Origin: an uncultured Acidobacteriaceae bacterium
GTDB taxonomy: Bacteria; Acidobacteriota; Terriglobia; Acidiferrales; UBA7541
Length of the DNA stretch: 64,000 nucleotides
Assembly: GCA_964622265.1 (NCBI GenBank)
Contig: CAZUNI010000008.1
Location: 4,424-68,423 of the forward strand
Direction of reading: 5' to 3'
The notes under the pieces are model-generated. The model did no database searches and was not told where the DNA came from. It saw only the letters and a program-made list of their open reading frames with translations. The translations under genes were made by a program, and so were the position numbers. Below are positions 55,880 to 64,000 of the stretch, piece after piece (the stretch's first letter is position 1; the number at the start of each line of letters is the position of its first letter).

Positions 55880-56665
55880 ATGTTAATTAAAGCGAAAACG
55901 ATGGTGGACTATAAGTTGGATAGCCTCGACGGTGAAATCGGAAAGGTCAAGGAATTCTACTTCGATGACCGGCACTGGGCGATTCGTTATCTGGTCGCCG
56001 ACACGGGCAACTGGCTTACCGGAAGGCAGGTGTTGATCTCCCCTTATGCGCTCGATGGCGTGATGAAAGAAGAACAAACAATCGCTGTCAATTTGACCAA
56101 AAAACAGATTGAGGACAGTCCGTCACTCGATAGTGACAAGCCCGTGTCGCGACAATTCGACGAAGTCTACTATGGCTATCATGCATTTCCGACCTACTGG
56201 AGCGGCCCCTACATGTGGGGATCATCTCCTTACATCCTGCGGGACCGTTCCCAATGGAAAGATACTGTCCAGGCGGAGAAATCCTGGGATCCCCATTTGC
56301 GCAGCACTCAAGATGTGAGCGGCCGTCACATCCAGGCCCTCGATGGGGAGATTGGCCACGTCGCGGACTTTATCATCGATGACGAAACCTGGGCGATTCG
56401 TTATCTCGTCGTCGATACTCAGAACTGGTGGCCCGGGAAAATGGTCCTGATCTCGCCACAATGGATCGAGCGTGTGAGTTGGAGCGATTCGAAAGTCTTC
56501 GTCAGTCTCTCCCGACAAGCCATCAAGGATGCGCCGGAATACACCGAGGATTCTCCGATTACTCGGGATTATGAGACGACCTTGCATCGGCATTACGATC
56601 GTAAGGGCTATTGGCTCGATGAATCAGTGGCGAAGGGGCATTTCACTGCTGCAGGCCGGCGCTAA
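55880..56665 (+). CDS. tandem PRC-barrel domain protein
   Basis: Two internal repeats: LDGEIGKVKEFYFDDRHWAIRYLVADTGNWLTGRQVLISP and LDGEIGHVADFIIDDETWAIRYLVVDTQNWWPGKMVLISP. Confidence 0.8.
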   Translation: MLIKAKTMVDYKLDSLDGEIGKVKEFYFDDRHWAIRYLVADTGNWLTGRQVLISPYALDGVMKEEQTIAVNLTKKQIEDSPSLDSDKPVSRQFDEVYYGYHAFPTYWSGPYMWGSSPYILRDRSQWKDTVQAEKSWDPHLRSTQDVSGRHIQALDGEIGHVADFIIDDETWAIRYLVVDTQNWWPGKMVLISPQWIERVSWSDSKVFVSLSRQAIKDAPEYTEDSPITRDYETTLHRHYDRKGYWLDESVAKGHFTAAGRR

Positions 56666-56823
56666 AGGCGGCTCAGGCGGCTGAAGAAAGCTGGAAGAGA
56701 GTGCGTAGGTCAACAGGATATTCAGCAGGATGAGCCAGGAAGAGGTCGCTTTGCGGCAGCAAGGCCTGCCCGAACCGCAAAGCGACTTCTTGCCAGAGAC
56801 CTATTTCTGGAATGGATGTTTCG

Positions 56824-57141
56824 TCACCGGGATTTTTTAGCCGTCTCGTGTTTCTTTACACGCTTTTTTGTCACAGCGGTACCGGTTTGATATGCCGGAC
56901 CCCAATTGACTCCGTGGCGCACAGAGCCATGAGTTCCCGTCGTCATACCTTGGTTCAGATCCTGCTGTTCATTTCTTGCGGTGGTGTCGCGATCGTCTTC
57001 CTGCTTCTGTTCTCCCGCTCCCAAACCCTGATCCAAATTGCGTTCTTCAGTTTGCCCCATTGGGCTGCGCTCCGCTTCCCTCTGCTCTTCGTCAGCAGCC
57101 ACATTGCCGAGATTTGATTTTGCAGTTCGCGTGCCACTCAT
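56824..57141 (-). CDS. small hydrophilic stress-type protein (hypothetical)
   Basis: The ATG at 57141 is preceded by aaggagg with 5-nt spacing. The product is 105 aa and rich in charged and Gln residues. Confidence 0.4.
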   Translation of the reverse strand: MSGTRTAKSNLGNVAADEEQREAERSPMGQTEERNLDQGLGAGEQKQEDDRDTTARNEQQDLNQGMTTGTHGSVRHGVNWGPAYQTGTAVTKKRVKKHETAKKSR

Positions 57142-57442
57142 CTGTGCCTCCTTGAAATCTGGAAAAGTCATCGCCGCCAGAAATTGCAGGATGATTATTT
57201 CGCATTGGGGGAAGTGCGTCTGTTCAATTGGGCACATGGATCGGATGAAGGCGATGAATTCCAGCGGGCGCACGCACGGCAGCATCTCCTTTTAACGATG
57301 CATTTTTGCGCGTGATGGCGAAGAATTCGAAGCGATTTGTTCCATTGTGAACAGTGCTTCATTGAACGCAGTCCTATTCTACTCGTGGAATGTGGCTTGA
57401 TGATTGTGAACGGCGGGGGAATCCACCGAGGAGCTTACGATA

Positions 57443-57985
57443 ATGGCGAATGACAATTCAGTAGTCGCAGTGTATCGCACGCATGATGAAGCGGATCAGG
57501 CAGTAAAGGAACTTCAACGCGACGGTGTCGACATGCACAATTTGTCGATCGTTGGGAAGGGGTATCACACGGACGAACAAGCCGTGGGCTATTACAACAC
57601 TGGCGACCGCATGAAGTATTGGGGCAAAGTCGGCGCGTTTTGGGGCGGCTTCTGGGGGCTCTTGTTCGGCTCTGCTTTTTTCATGATTCCCGGCCTGGGT
57701 CCAATCTTAGCGGCGGGGCCAGTGGTGGCATGGATCGTGGCAGGGATCGAAGGCGCTGTGGAAGTTGGAGCTTTGGGCGCGCTGGGCGCTGGACTTTATA
57801 GCATCGGAATTCCCAAGGACAGTATTGTGAAGTATGAAGCGGCGCTCAGGACAGATCAGTTCCTGCTGATCGTTCACGGGACAGCCGAAGAAGTTGCGAA
57901 GGCGAAAAAAATCATAACTGAAACTACCAATCCTGCCCTTTGCACATTGCATAGAGCTGGAGTGGCTGCGGCGGCCACGGTTTAG
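57443..57985 (+). CDS. general-stress-type membrane protein (DUF1269/YflT-like)
   Basis: N-terminal VVAVYRTHDEADQAVKELQRDGVDMHNLSIVGKG followed by a glycine-zipper TM region FWGGFWGLLFGSAFFMIPGLGP. Confidence 0.55.
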   Translation: MANDNSVVAVYRTHDEADQAVKELQRDGVDMHNLSIVGKGYHTDEQAVGYYNTGDRMKYWGKVGAFWGGFWGLLFGSAFFMIPGLGPILAAGPVVAWIVAGIEGAVEVGALGALGAGLYSIGIPKDSIVKYEAALRTDQFLLIVHGTAEEVAKAKKIITETTNPALCTLHRAGVAAAATV

Positions 57986-58184
57986 GTTCTCTGCGAATTG
58001 AGTGGGCAAGGCGGTTTCGATAGGCCTTGCCCATTGAGTTTTATTTCTCGTAATACTGCCGGCCATGCCACCTCGGCGTGAAATCATATGGTTGTTTTTT
58101 TGTGCGGTTTGTCGTACGCCAGAACGAAGAGCGCCGAACCTGCTGCAGCGTAGAATTCGAGCCGAGTCGGACGAGGAGAAGGAC

Positions 58185-58643
58185 ATGACAGGCAAGTCAC
58201 AACCCGGAGAAGCACAATCGGTACAAATCGTCGAGGCCGACGTGCTCGACAGAATGAATGAAACCAATGAATTGATCGCGCAGCGTGCCTACGAACTTTT
58301 CGAGTCTCGCGGCGGCGCGCATGGCTCGGACCGGGACGATTGGTTCGTCGCGGCAGACGAGGTTCTGCATCCCCTCGACATCGAACGTATTGAAACCAAT
58401 GGCGAATTGCGATTAACCGCGCGAGTGCCTGGTTTTGACGCAAAAGACCTTGAAGTCGCCATTGGGCATCGGCGGGCCGTTATTTGCGGTATCCACGAAG
58501 ATTCAAATCAACCAGAAGATGGCCTTCGCGGGGACACAAAGGTTATGCGGATTGTTGAACTGCCCTTTGACGTCGATCCGATATTGGCTAGGGCAACGCT
58601 TGAAAGCGGGACGTTGCAGGTCGTGTTACCGCGCTCGCGGTAA
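58185..58643 (+). CDS. Hsp20/alpha-crystallin family protein with N-terminal DUF2934-like segment
   Basis: IAQRAYELFESRGGAHGSDRDDWFVAADEV (DUF2934 pattern), then LRLTARVPGFDAKDLEVAI...GTLQVVLPRS (ACD). The ATG at 58185 is preceded by gaggagaagg. Confidence 0.7.
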   Translation: MTGKSQPGEAQSVQIVEADVLDRMNETNELIAQRAYELFESRGGAHGSDRDDWFVAADEVLHPLDIERIETNGELRLTARVPGFDAKDLEVAIGHRRAVICGIHEDSNQPEDGLRGDTKVMRIVELPFDVDPILARATLESGTLQVVLPRSR

Positions 58644-58737
58644 GTAAGCTTTTCTTAGTTAGTAGGCACACTCCCCTGTATCTGGTCCTGCCAGGGCAGT
58701 TCTGCTGGTTTCTCGGTTTATGAACCCAGGAGTAGAG

Positions 58738-59235
58738 ATGCTTGAATCGCGGACAGATTTATTCAAGACGCCGAAACGGATTGGTGTCGCTGCCGATGAT
58801 GGTGGATTTGCCGCGAAGGAGTATCTGACTGGGATGTTGCGCGAGGCCAACTTTGACGTGGTTGACTTTGGTGACCATCAGTTGAAGCTGGATGACGACT
58901 ATCCGGATTTTGTCGTGCCGCTGGCCCGGGCGGTTGCTCGCGGCGACGTGGATCGCGGCGTGGCCATCTGCGGCAGTGGCGTGGGTGCGTGTATTGCCTC
59001 CAACAAGGTTGCGGGCGTGAGGGCATGCCTGATCCATGAAAGTTTTTCGGCTCGCCAAGGGGTCGAGGACGACGACCTGAACGTGATCTGCCTGGGCGGC
59101 CGCGTGATCGCGAATACGTTCGCCTGGGATCTGGTCAAAATCTTTCTTGAAGCACGATTCAGCAGCGCTGAGCGGCACCTCCGTCGTTTGGCCAAAGTCG
59201 CGGCACTGGAAATCGTGGACGCGAGAACGTCATGA
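58738..59235 (+). CDS. rpiB: ribose-5-phosphate isomerase B / sugar-phosphate isomerase (RpiB/LacA/LacB family)
   Basis: RIGVAADDGGF, ICGSGVGACIASNK and NVICLGGRV motifs. The start is set at the ATG preceded by aggag (alternative 58720). Confidence 0.85.
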   Translation: MLESRTDLFKTPKRIGVAADDGGFAAKEYLTGMLREANFDVVDFGDHQLKLDDDYPDFVVPLARAVARGDVDRGVAICGSGVGACIASNKVAGVRACLIHESFSARQGVEDDDLNVICLGGRVIANTFAWDLVKIFLEARFSSAERHLRRLAKVAALEIVDARTS

Positions 59236-60905
59236 ACATAAGTTCCCTTGCCGGAAAACCGGCCCCGCCATCCTTGCTGGTGAACGTTCCGAGGCTCGTC
59301 ACGGCCTACTACACGGAAGTGCCCGACCCTTCAGTAGCGGCGCAAAGGGTAGCTTTCGGGACCTCGGGACATCGCGGCTCCTCTTTCGACATTGCCTTCA
59401 ATGAATGGCACATCCTGGCCATTAGTCAGGCGATTTGCCTTTACCGAAAGCAGCACCAGATCGATGGCCCGTTGTTTCTGGGCATGGATACGCATGCGCT
59501 TTCGGTCCCGGCGCTGGCAAGCGCGGTGGAAGTGTTGGCGGCCAATGGCGCGGACGTTATGCTTGCGGAAGGCGACGAATACACGCCTACACCGGCTATT
59601 TCCCACGCGATTCTCACTTACAATCGCGGGCGCAAGGCCGGGCTTGCTGACGGTATCGTCATAACGCCGTCGCACAATCCGCCGCATGATGGTGGGTTCA
59701 AATACAATCCCCCCAACGGCGGTCCGGCAGAAGGCGCCGTCACGGATTGGATTCAGGCGAAAGCAAATGAGTTTCTCGAGCGCAAGCTGCAAGGCGTGAA
59801 AAGAATTCCTTACGAGAAGGCGCTTCGCGCTTCGACAACGCATCGCCACGACTACCTCAATAGCTACGTTGACGATCTTTCGAACGTGGTTGATATGGAC
59901 GCCATTCGCGGCGCAAAGCTCCATATGGGCGTCGATCCTCTTGGCGGCGCTGGTGTCCACTATTGGGCGCCGATCACCGAGCGATATGGGCTGAACCTCA
60001 CGGTGGTCAGCGAGGAAGTCGATCCAACTTTTCGTTTCATGAGCGTGGATTGGGATGGCCAAATCCGGATGGACCCTTCCTCCGTCTACGCGATGCAGCG
60101 ATTGATAGGCATGAAGAATCACTTCGATCTTTCCTTCGCCTGTGACACCGACCATGATCGCCACGGCATTCTCACTAAAAGCGCGGGGTTGCTGCCGCCC
60201 AACCATTATCTTTCTGTTGCGATCCTCTACTTGTTTCAACATCGGCCGAGGTGGGGCATGGAAGCAGCGGTTGGCAAAACGGTAGTGAGCAGCCGGATGA
60301 TCGATCGCGTCACCGCGAAGCTTGGCCGAAAGCTGTATGAAGTCCCGGTCGGATTCAAGTGGTTCGTCGATGGCTTGCTCGATGGTTCGCTCGGCTTTGG
60401 CGGTGAAGAAAGCGCGGGGGCATCGTTTTCGCGTCTGGACGGCACAGTTTGGACCACGGACAAAGATGGAATTGTCCCGGCGATGCTGGCGGCAGAGATC
60501 ACTTCCCGGATGGGTCGCGATCCGGGTGAAATCTACCGCGAACTCACGAGCGAATTCGGCGATCCCGTCTATGACCGCGTGGAGGCGCCCGCGACCCCGG
60601 ATGAAAAGAAACTGCTGGCGAAACTTTCGCCTGAGCAGGTGAAGCTGACCGAGTTGGCAGGCGAAAAAATCCAGACAGTTCTTACGAAGGCGCCAGGCAA
60701 CGGCGCGCCCATCGGCGGATTGAAAGTGATTGCCGAAAGCGCATGGTTCGCGGCCCGCCCGTCCGGGACCGAAAATATTTACAAGATTTATGCAGAGAGT
60801 TTACAAGGGCAGGATCATTTGCGTCTCATTCTGGAAGAAGCGCAGAAGATCGTCAGCGGCGCCCTGGCCAAAGTGCCGCTGCAAAGCAAAGGAAAAGTAG
60901 CGTAA
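59232..60905 (+). CDS. pgm: phosphoglucomutase (alpha-D-glucose phosphate-specific)
   Basis: FGTSGHRG, the TPSHNPPHDGG active-site serine loop and GGEESAGASF. Confidence 0.9.
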   Translation: MNISSLAGKPAPPSLLVNVPRLVTAYYTEVPDPSVAAQRVAFGTSGHRGSSFDIAFNEWHILAISQAICLYRKQHQIDGPLFLGMDTHALSVPALASAVEVLAANGADVMLAEGDEYTPTPAISHAILTYNRGRKAGLADGIVITPSHNPPHDGGFKYNPPNGGPAEGAVTDWIQAKANEFLERKLQGVKRIPYEKALRASTTHRHDYLNSYVDDLSNVVDMDAIRGAKLHMGVDPLGGAGVHYWAPITERYGLNLTVVSEEVDPTFRFMSVDWDGQIRMDPSSVYAMQRLIGMKNHFDLSFACDTDHDRHGILTKSAGLLPPNHYLSVAILYLFQHRPRWGMEAAVGKTVVSSRMIDRVTAKLGRKLYEVPVGFKWFVDGLLDGSLGFGGEESAGASFSRLDGTVWTTDKDGIVPAMLAAEITSRMGRDPGEIYRELTSEFGDPVYDRVEAPATPDEKKLLAKLSPEQVKLTELAGEKIQTVLTKAPGNGAPIGGLKVIAESAWFAARPSGTENIYKIYAESLQGQDHLRLILEEAQKIVSGALAKVPLQSKGKVA

Positions 60906-60966
60906 CCACGGGGCCCTGACAGATGCGCTCGAAGACGCGGTCCATCCTAAATTTGGTGCGGAACTT

Positions 60967-63513
60967 ATGAGCGAACAAAAACGTGTAAGCCACCCGCTTT
61001 ACAGTCTTCTCCCCACTGAAGTTGACGGATTCGGTTCCCTGGCGGAGCTGGCCCTGGACATGCGCTGGTCGTGGAACCATGCCACGGATGGAGTGTGGCG
61101 CACGCTCGATCCTGTGCTGTGGAATCTCACTCAAAATCCCTGGGTCATCCTTCAAACGGTCTCACGGGATCAACTCGAGCGCGTATTGGCCGATCCAGCT
61201 TTCCGAAAGAATATCGATACATTGTTGGAAGGCAAGCGTGCGGCATCCGAGACGGACGCCTGGTTCCAGCAAAAGCATCCGCAAGCCCCGCTGACCAGCG
61301 TCGCGTATTTCAGCATGGAATTCATGCTCAGCGAAGCGCTGCCAATCTATTCGGGAGGCCTTGGCAACGTGGCCGGCGACCAACTCAAGGCCGCCAGTGA
61401 TTTGGGCGTTCCGGTGGTCGGTGTTGGATTGCTCTACCAGCAAGGCTATTTTCGCCAGGTGATTGACAAAAATGGGGCGCAGCAGGCTCTTTACCCGTAC
61501 AACGATCCCGGACAGTTGCCGGTAACTCCGTTGCGGCAACCCAACGGTGAGTGGTTGCGCCTGGAGGTCGCATTGCCGGGCTACTCGGTCTGGCTGCGCG
61601 CCTGGCAAGTCCAGGCCGGTCGAGTCAAGCTCTACCTGCTGGATAGCAATGACGCAGCGAACTATCCCGCCCATCGAGGGATTACCAGCCAGTTGTATGG
61701 CGGCGGGCCGGAATTGCGTTTGAAGCAGGAAATGCTTCTCGGGATTGGTGGCTGGCGGTTGCTTGTCGCTCTGGGAATCAAGCCGGAAGTATGTCACCTG
61801 AATGAAGGCCATGCGGCCTTTGCGACAATCGAGCGCGCAAGGGATTTCATGGAAGAAAGCGGTCAGACTTTCGAAGTCGCGCTTGCCGCCACGCGAGCCG
61901 GGAACATCTTCACCACACATACGGCAGTGGCTGCTGGCTTCGATCGTTTCTCTCCCACTCTCATTGAGCAATACGTCAAAAGGTATGCGGAAGAAAAACT
62001 CAAAATCGGTGTCAATGATTTGCTGGCGTTGGGCCGCCAAAATCCGAGTGATTCATCGGAGAGTTTCAACATGGCCTATCTGGCGATCCGCGGAAGCGGG
62101 GCGGTGAATGGCGTGAGCCGCTTGCACGGGAAAGTCAGCCGGCAACTCTTTGAACCGCTATTTCCCCATTGGCCGGAGGACGAAATTCCTGTCGGACATG
62201 TCACCAATGGAGTGCACATGCCAAGCTGGGACTCGGCGGCATCCGATGAACTCTGGACGCAGGCCTGCGGAAAAAGCCGTTGGTTGGGGACGACCGAAAA
62301 CATGGAGCAGGAAATTCGCCGCCTCCCCGATTCCACGCTTTGGCAATTGCGCACCGCCGCCAGCAAGTCTCTGGTGGAGTACGCTCGCAATCGCTTGTCC
62401 GGACAGCTGGCCGCATCTGGCGCATCTCCCGATGCAGTTGAAGAGGCAAAACATTTGTTCGACCCCAATGCATTGACTTTGGGGTTTGCGCGGCGCTTCG
62501 CCACGTATAAGAGACCCGACTTACTGCTGCATGACCGGGAACGGCTGCTGCGGATATTGAGCAATTCCCAGCGTCCGGTGCAACTCATCATCGCCGGAAA
62601 GGCCCATCCTGCCGACCAGGCTGGGCAGGACTTGATCCAGGCATGGATTCAGTTTATTCGCCAGCCTGCGACGCGCCCTCATGTGATCTTCCTCAGTGAT
62701 TACGACATGCAGTTGACCGAGCAACTGGTGCAGGGAGTGGATGTGTGGATCAATACGCCACGCCGTCCCTGGGAAGCCTGCGGCACCAGCGGCATGAAAG
62801 TCCTGGTCAACGGCGGCATCAATCTATCGGAATTGGACGGCTGGTGGGCGGAAGCCTATACGCCGGAGGTTGGTTGGGCGTTGGGTGACGGCCAGGAACA
62901 CGGCAACGACCCGGCCTGGGACGCCATTGAGGCCGAGGAACTCTATGCCTTGCTCGAAGACAAGGTAGTCCCGGAGTTTTATGCGCGTGACGAACACGGC
63001 ATTCCTACGGCTTGGGTGGCTCGGATGAGAGAAAGCATGGCGCGATTGACGCCGAGCTTTTCCGCACATCGCGCGGTGCGCGACTACACCGGACAACGCT
63101 ACCTCCCCGCGGCTGCCGCCTACCGTGAACGCATAGCGAATAAAGGCGCTTTGGGCAAACAAATCGTTGACTGGGAGCACAGCCTGGAGCAGAAATGGGC
63201 CGGGATACATTTCGGCGAAACGAAAGTTGAGACGCAGGGCCCGCAACACTTTTTCGAGATTCACGTATATCTCAATGATCTTGACCCCCAGGCGGTAAGG
63301 GTGGAGCTGTACGCGGACGGAATCCACGGCGGCGACATTGTGCGCGAAGAGATGAAATGCGCGGGATCGCTTCCGGACCATACCGGCGGTTGCGTCTTTC
63401 ACGCAACGGTGCCCAGCGCACGTCCTGTCAGCGACTACACGGCGCGAATAATACCTCAGCGATCCGGCGTAGCTGTTCCGCTGGAATTCGATCGGATCCT
63501 ATGGCAACGATGA
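60967..63513 (+). CDS. glgP: alpha-glucan (glycogen/maltodextrin) phosphorylase, GT35
   Basis: GGLGNVAGDQLKAASDLG, GKAHPAD and the EACGTSGMK PLP-lysine motif. The protein is 848 aa. Confidence 0.9.
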   Translation: MSEQKRVSHPLYSLLPTEVDGFGSLAELALDMRWSWNHATDGVWRTLDPVLWNLTQNPWVILQTVSRDQLERVLADPAFRKNIDTLLEGKRAASETDAWFQQKHPQAPLTSVAYFSMEFMLSEALPIYSGGLGNVAGDQLKAASDLGVPVVGVGLLYQQGYFRQVIDKNGAQQALYPYNDPGQLPVTPLRQPNGEWLRLEVALPGYSVWLRAWQVQAGRVKLYLLDSNDAANYPAHRGITSQLYGGGPELRLKQEMLLGIGGWRLLVALGIKPEVCHLNEGHAAFATIERARDFMEESGQTFEVALAATRAGNIFTTHTAVAAGFDRFSPTLIEQYVKRYAEEKLKIGVNDLLALGRQNPSDSSESFNMAYLAIRGSGAVNGVSRLHGKVSRQLFEPLFPHWPEDEIPVGHVTNGVHMPSWDSAASDELWTQACGKSRWLGTTENMEQEIRRLPDSTLWQLRTAASKSLVEYARNRLSGQLAASGASPDAVEEAKHLFDPNALTLGFARRFATYKRPDLLLHDRERLLRILSNSQRPVQLIIAGKAHPADQAGQDLIQAWIQFIRQPATRPHVIFLSDYDMQLTEQLVQGVDVWINTPRRPWEACGTSGMKVLVNGGINLSELDGWWAEAYTPEVGWALGDGQEHGNDPAWDAIEAEELYALLEDKVVPEFYARDEHGIPTAWVARMRESMARLTPSFSAHRAVRDYTGQRYLPAAAAYRERIANKGALGKQIVDWEHSLEQKWAGIHFGETKVETQGPQHFFEIHVYLNDLDPQAVRVELYADGIHGGDIVREEMKCAGSLPDHTGGCVFHATVPSARPVSDYTARIIPQRSGVAVPLEFDRILWQR

Positions 63514-63603
63514 CCAGGATGTCCAAATGAGTCTCCATTCGAGAAACATACGTTTGGCCCGACCAATGAGCGGTCAAAATCGGATGGCTTTGAAGGAAAT
63601 CAA

Positions 63604-64000
63604 ATGAAGAGAGGTGCCCCGATCACGACGCTGTTTGTAGATGTCGGCGGCGTCTTGCTCACCAACGGCTGGGACCATCACGCCCGCCGACGGGCGGCCA
63701 GGCACTTCAATTTGAATTATACCGAGATGCAAGATCGGCACGACCTGAACTTTGCCGCTCATGAGGAAGGTAGGGTCACGTTTCAGGAATATTTAAACCG
63801 CGTGGTTTTCTACAAGAAACGATCGTTCACCAGGGCCCAATTTCGGGCTTTTATGTTCACGCAATCCAAACCCTTCACAAAGATGATCGCGCTGGTTCGC
63901 AATCTCAAGGCGCGGTACGGCCTGCGAATCGCCGTGGTCAGCAATGAATCGCGTGAGGTGAATACGCATCGAATTCGCGAGTTCAAGCTCGACGGATTTG
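63604..64000 (+). CDS. HAD-superfamily hydrolase (partial, runs off the window end)
   Basis: I translated this manually: MKRGAPITTLFVDVGGVLLTNGWDHH...RIAVVSNESREV. There is no stop before 64000. HAD motif I-like DVGGVL and motif II-like VSN are present. It is absent from the ORF track because it is open-ended. Confidence 0.6.
   Translation, partial: MKRGAPITTLFVDVGGVLLTNGWDHHARRRAARHFNLNYTEMQDRHDLNFAAHEEGRVTFQEYLNRVVFYKKRSFTRAQFRAFMFTQSKPFTKMIALVRNLKARYGLRIAVVSNESREVNTHRIREFKLDGF

Noticed and set aside
59331-60242. 303-aa minus-strand ORF
   Set aside because: It is antisense to the phosphoglucomutase gene, which carries all the canonical motifs. The ORF itself has no motifs.
61162-62040. 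292-aa minus-strand ORF
   Set aside because: It is antisense to the alpha-glucan phosphorylase gene, so it is a shadow ORF.
1-64000. CRISPR arrays, rRNA genes or transposase/IS elements
   Set aside because: I noticed no regularly spaced short direct repeats, no rRNA-like segments, and no DDE or IS-type transposase motifs in any long ORF. The only recombinases are the two serine recombinases.

Overview
The window appears to be a bacterial chromosome segment with four parts. All protein calls come from motifs I can read in the supplied translations. No database search, RNA folding or composition calculation was run.

(1) 71-27620: a co-directional minus-strand exopolysaccharide locus of about 25 kb, of the PEP-CTERM/exosortase type. 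It contains an exosortase with an ACSG motif, EpsI, a PEP-CTERM substrate, a Wzz-like chain-length determinant, a BY-kinase, an ExeA-like ATPase, a priming sugar transferase, a Wzx flippase, a Wzy/O-antigen-ligase-like protein, four glycosyltransferases and many sugar-modifying enzymes. A NusG/UpxY-like antiterminator heads it. A PilZ protein and a LuxR-type response regulator lie upstream.

(2) 28110-32506: a Mg2+ P-type ATPase (MgtA-like) and a VIT1/CCC1 transporter, bracketed by two 46-nt copies of the 3' half of a tRNA-Met. Neither copy has a 5' half.

(3) 32461-54853: an integrated element of about 22.4 kb, bounded by a 12-nt repeat of the tRNA 3' tip. It carries a large serine recombinase, XRE and other HTH regulators, an excisionase-like HTH and a small resolvase. 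Its cargo is a co-directional defence-type block:
- a tightly coupled four-gene operon (unknown protein, Cas4/RecB-like nuclease, unknown protein, SF1 helicase);
- a type II restriction-modification pair;
- a giant NLR-like protein of about 2150 aa (Cap4/Mrr-type nuclease head, NACHT-like NTPase, very long uncharacterised C-terminal region).

The giant protein and the four-gene operon are the best candidates for an undescribed system. A cytoplasmic trypsin-fold protease paired with a membrane protein is a third candidate.

(4) 55000-64000: ordinary core genes, namely stress-type small proteins (tandem PRC-barrel, DUF1269-like, Hsp20 with a DUF2934-like head), RpiB, phosphoglucomutase, alpha-glucan phosphorylase and a partial HAD hydrolase.

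I saw no rRNA, no intact tRNA and no CRISPR array.
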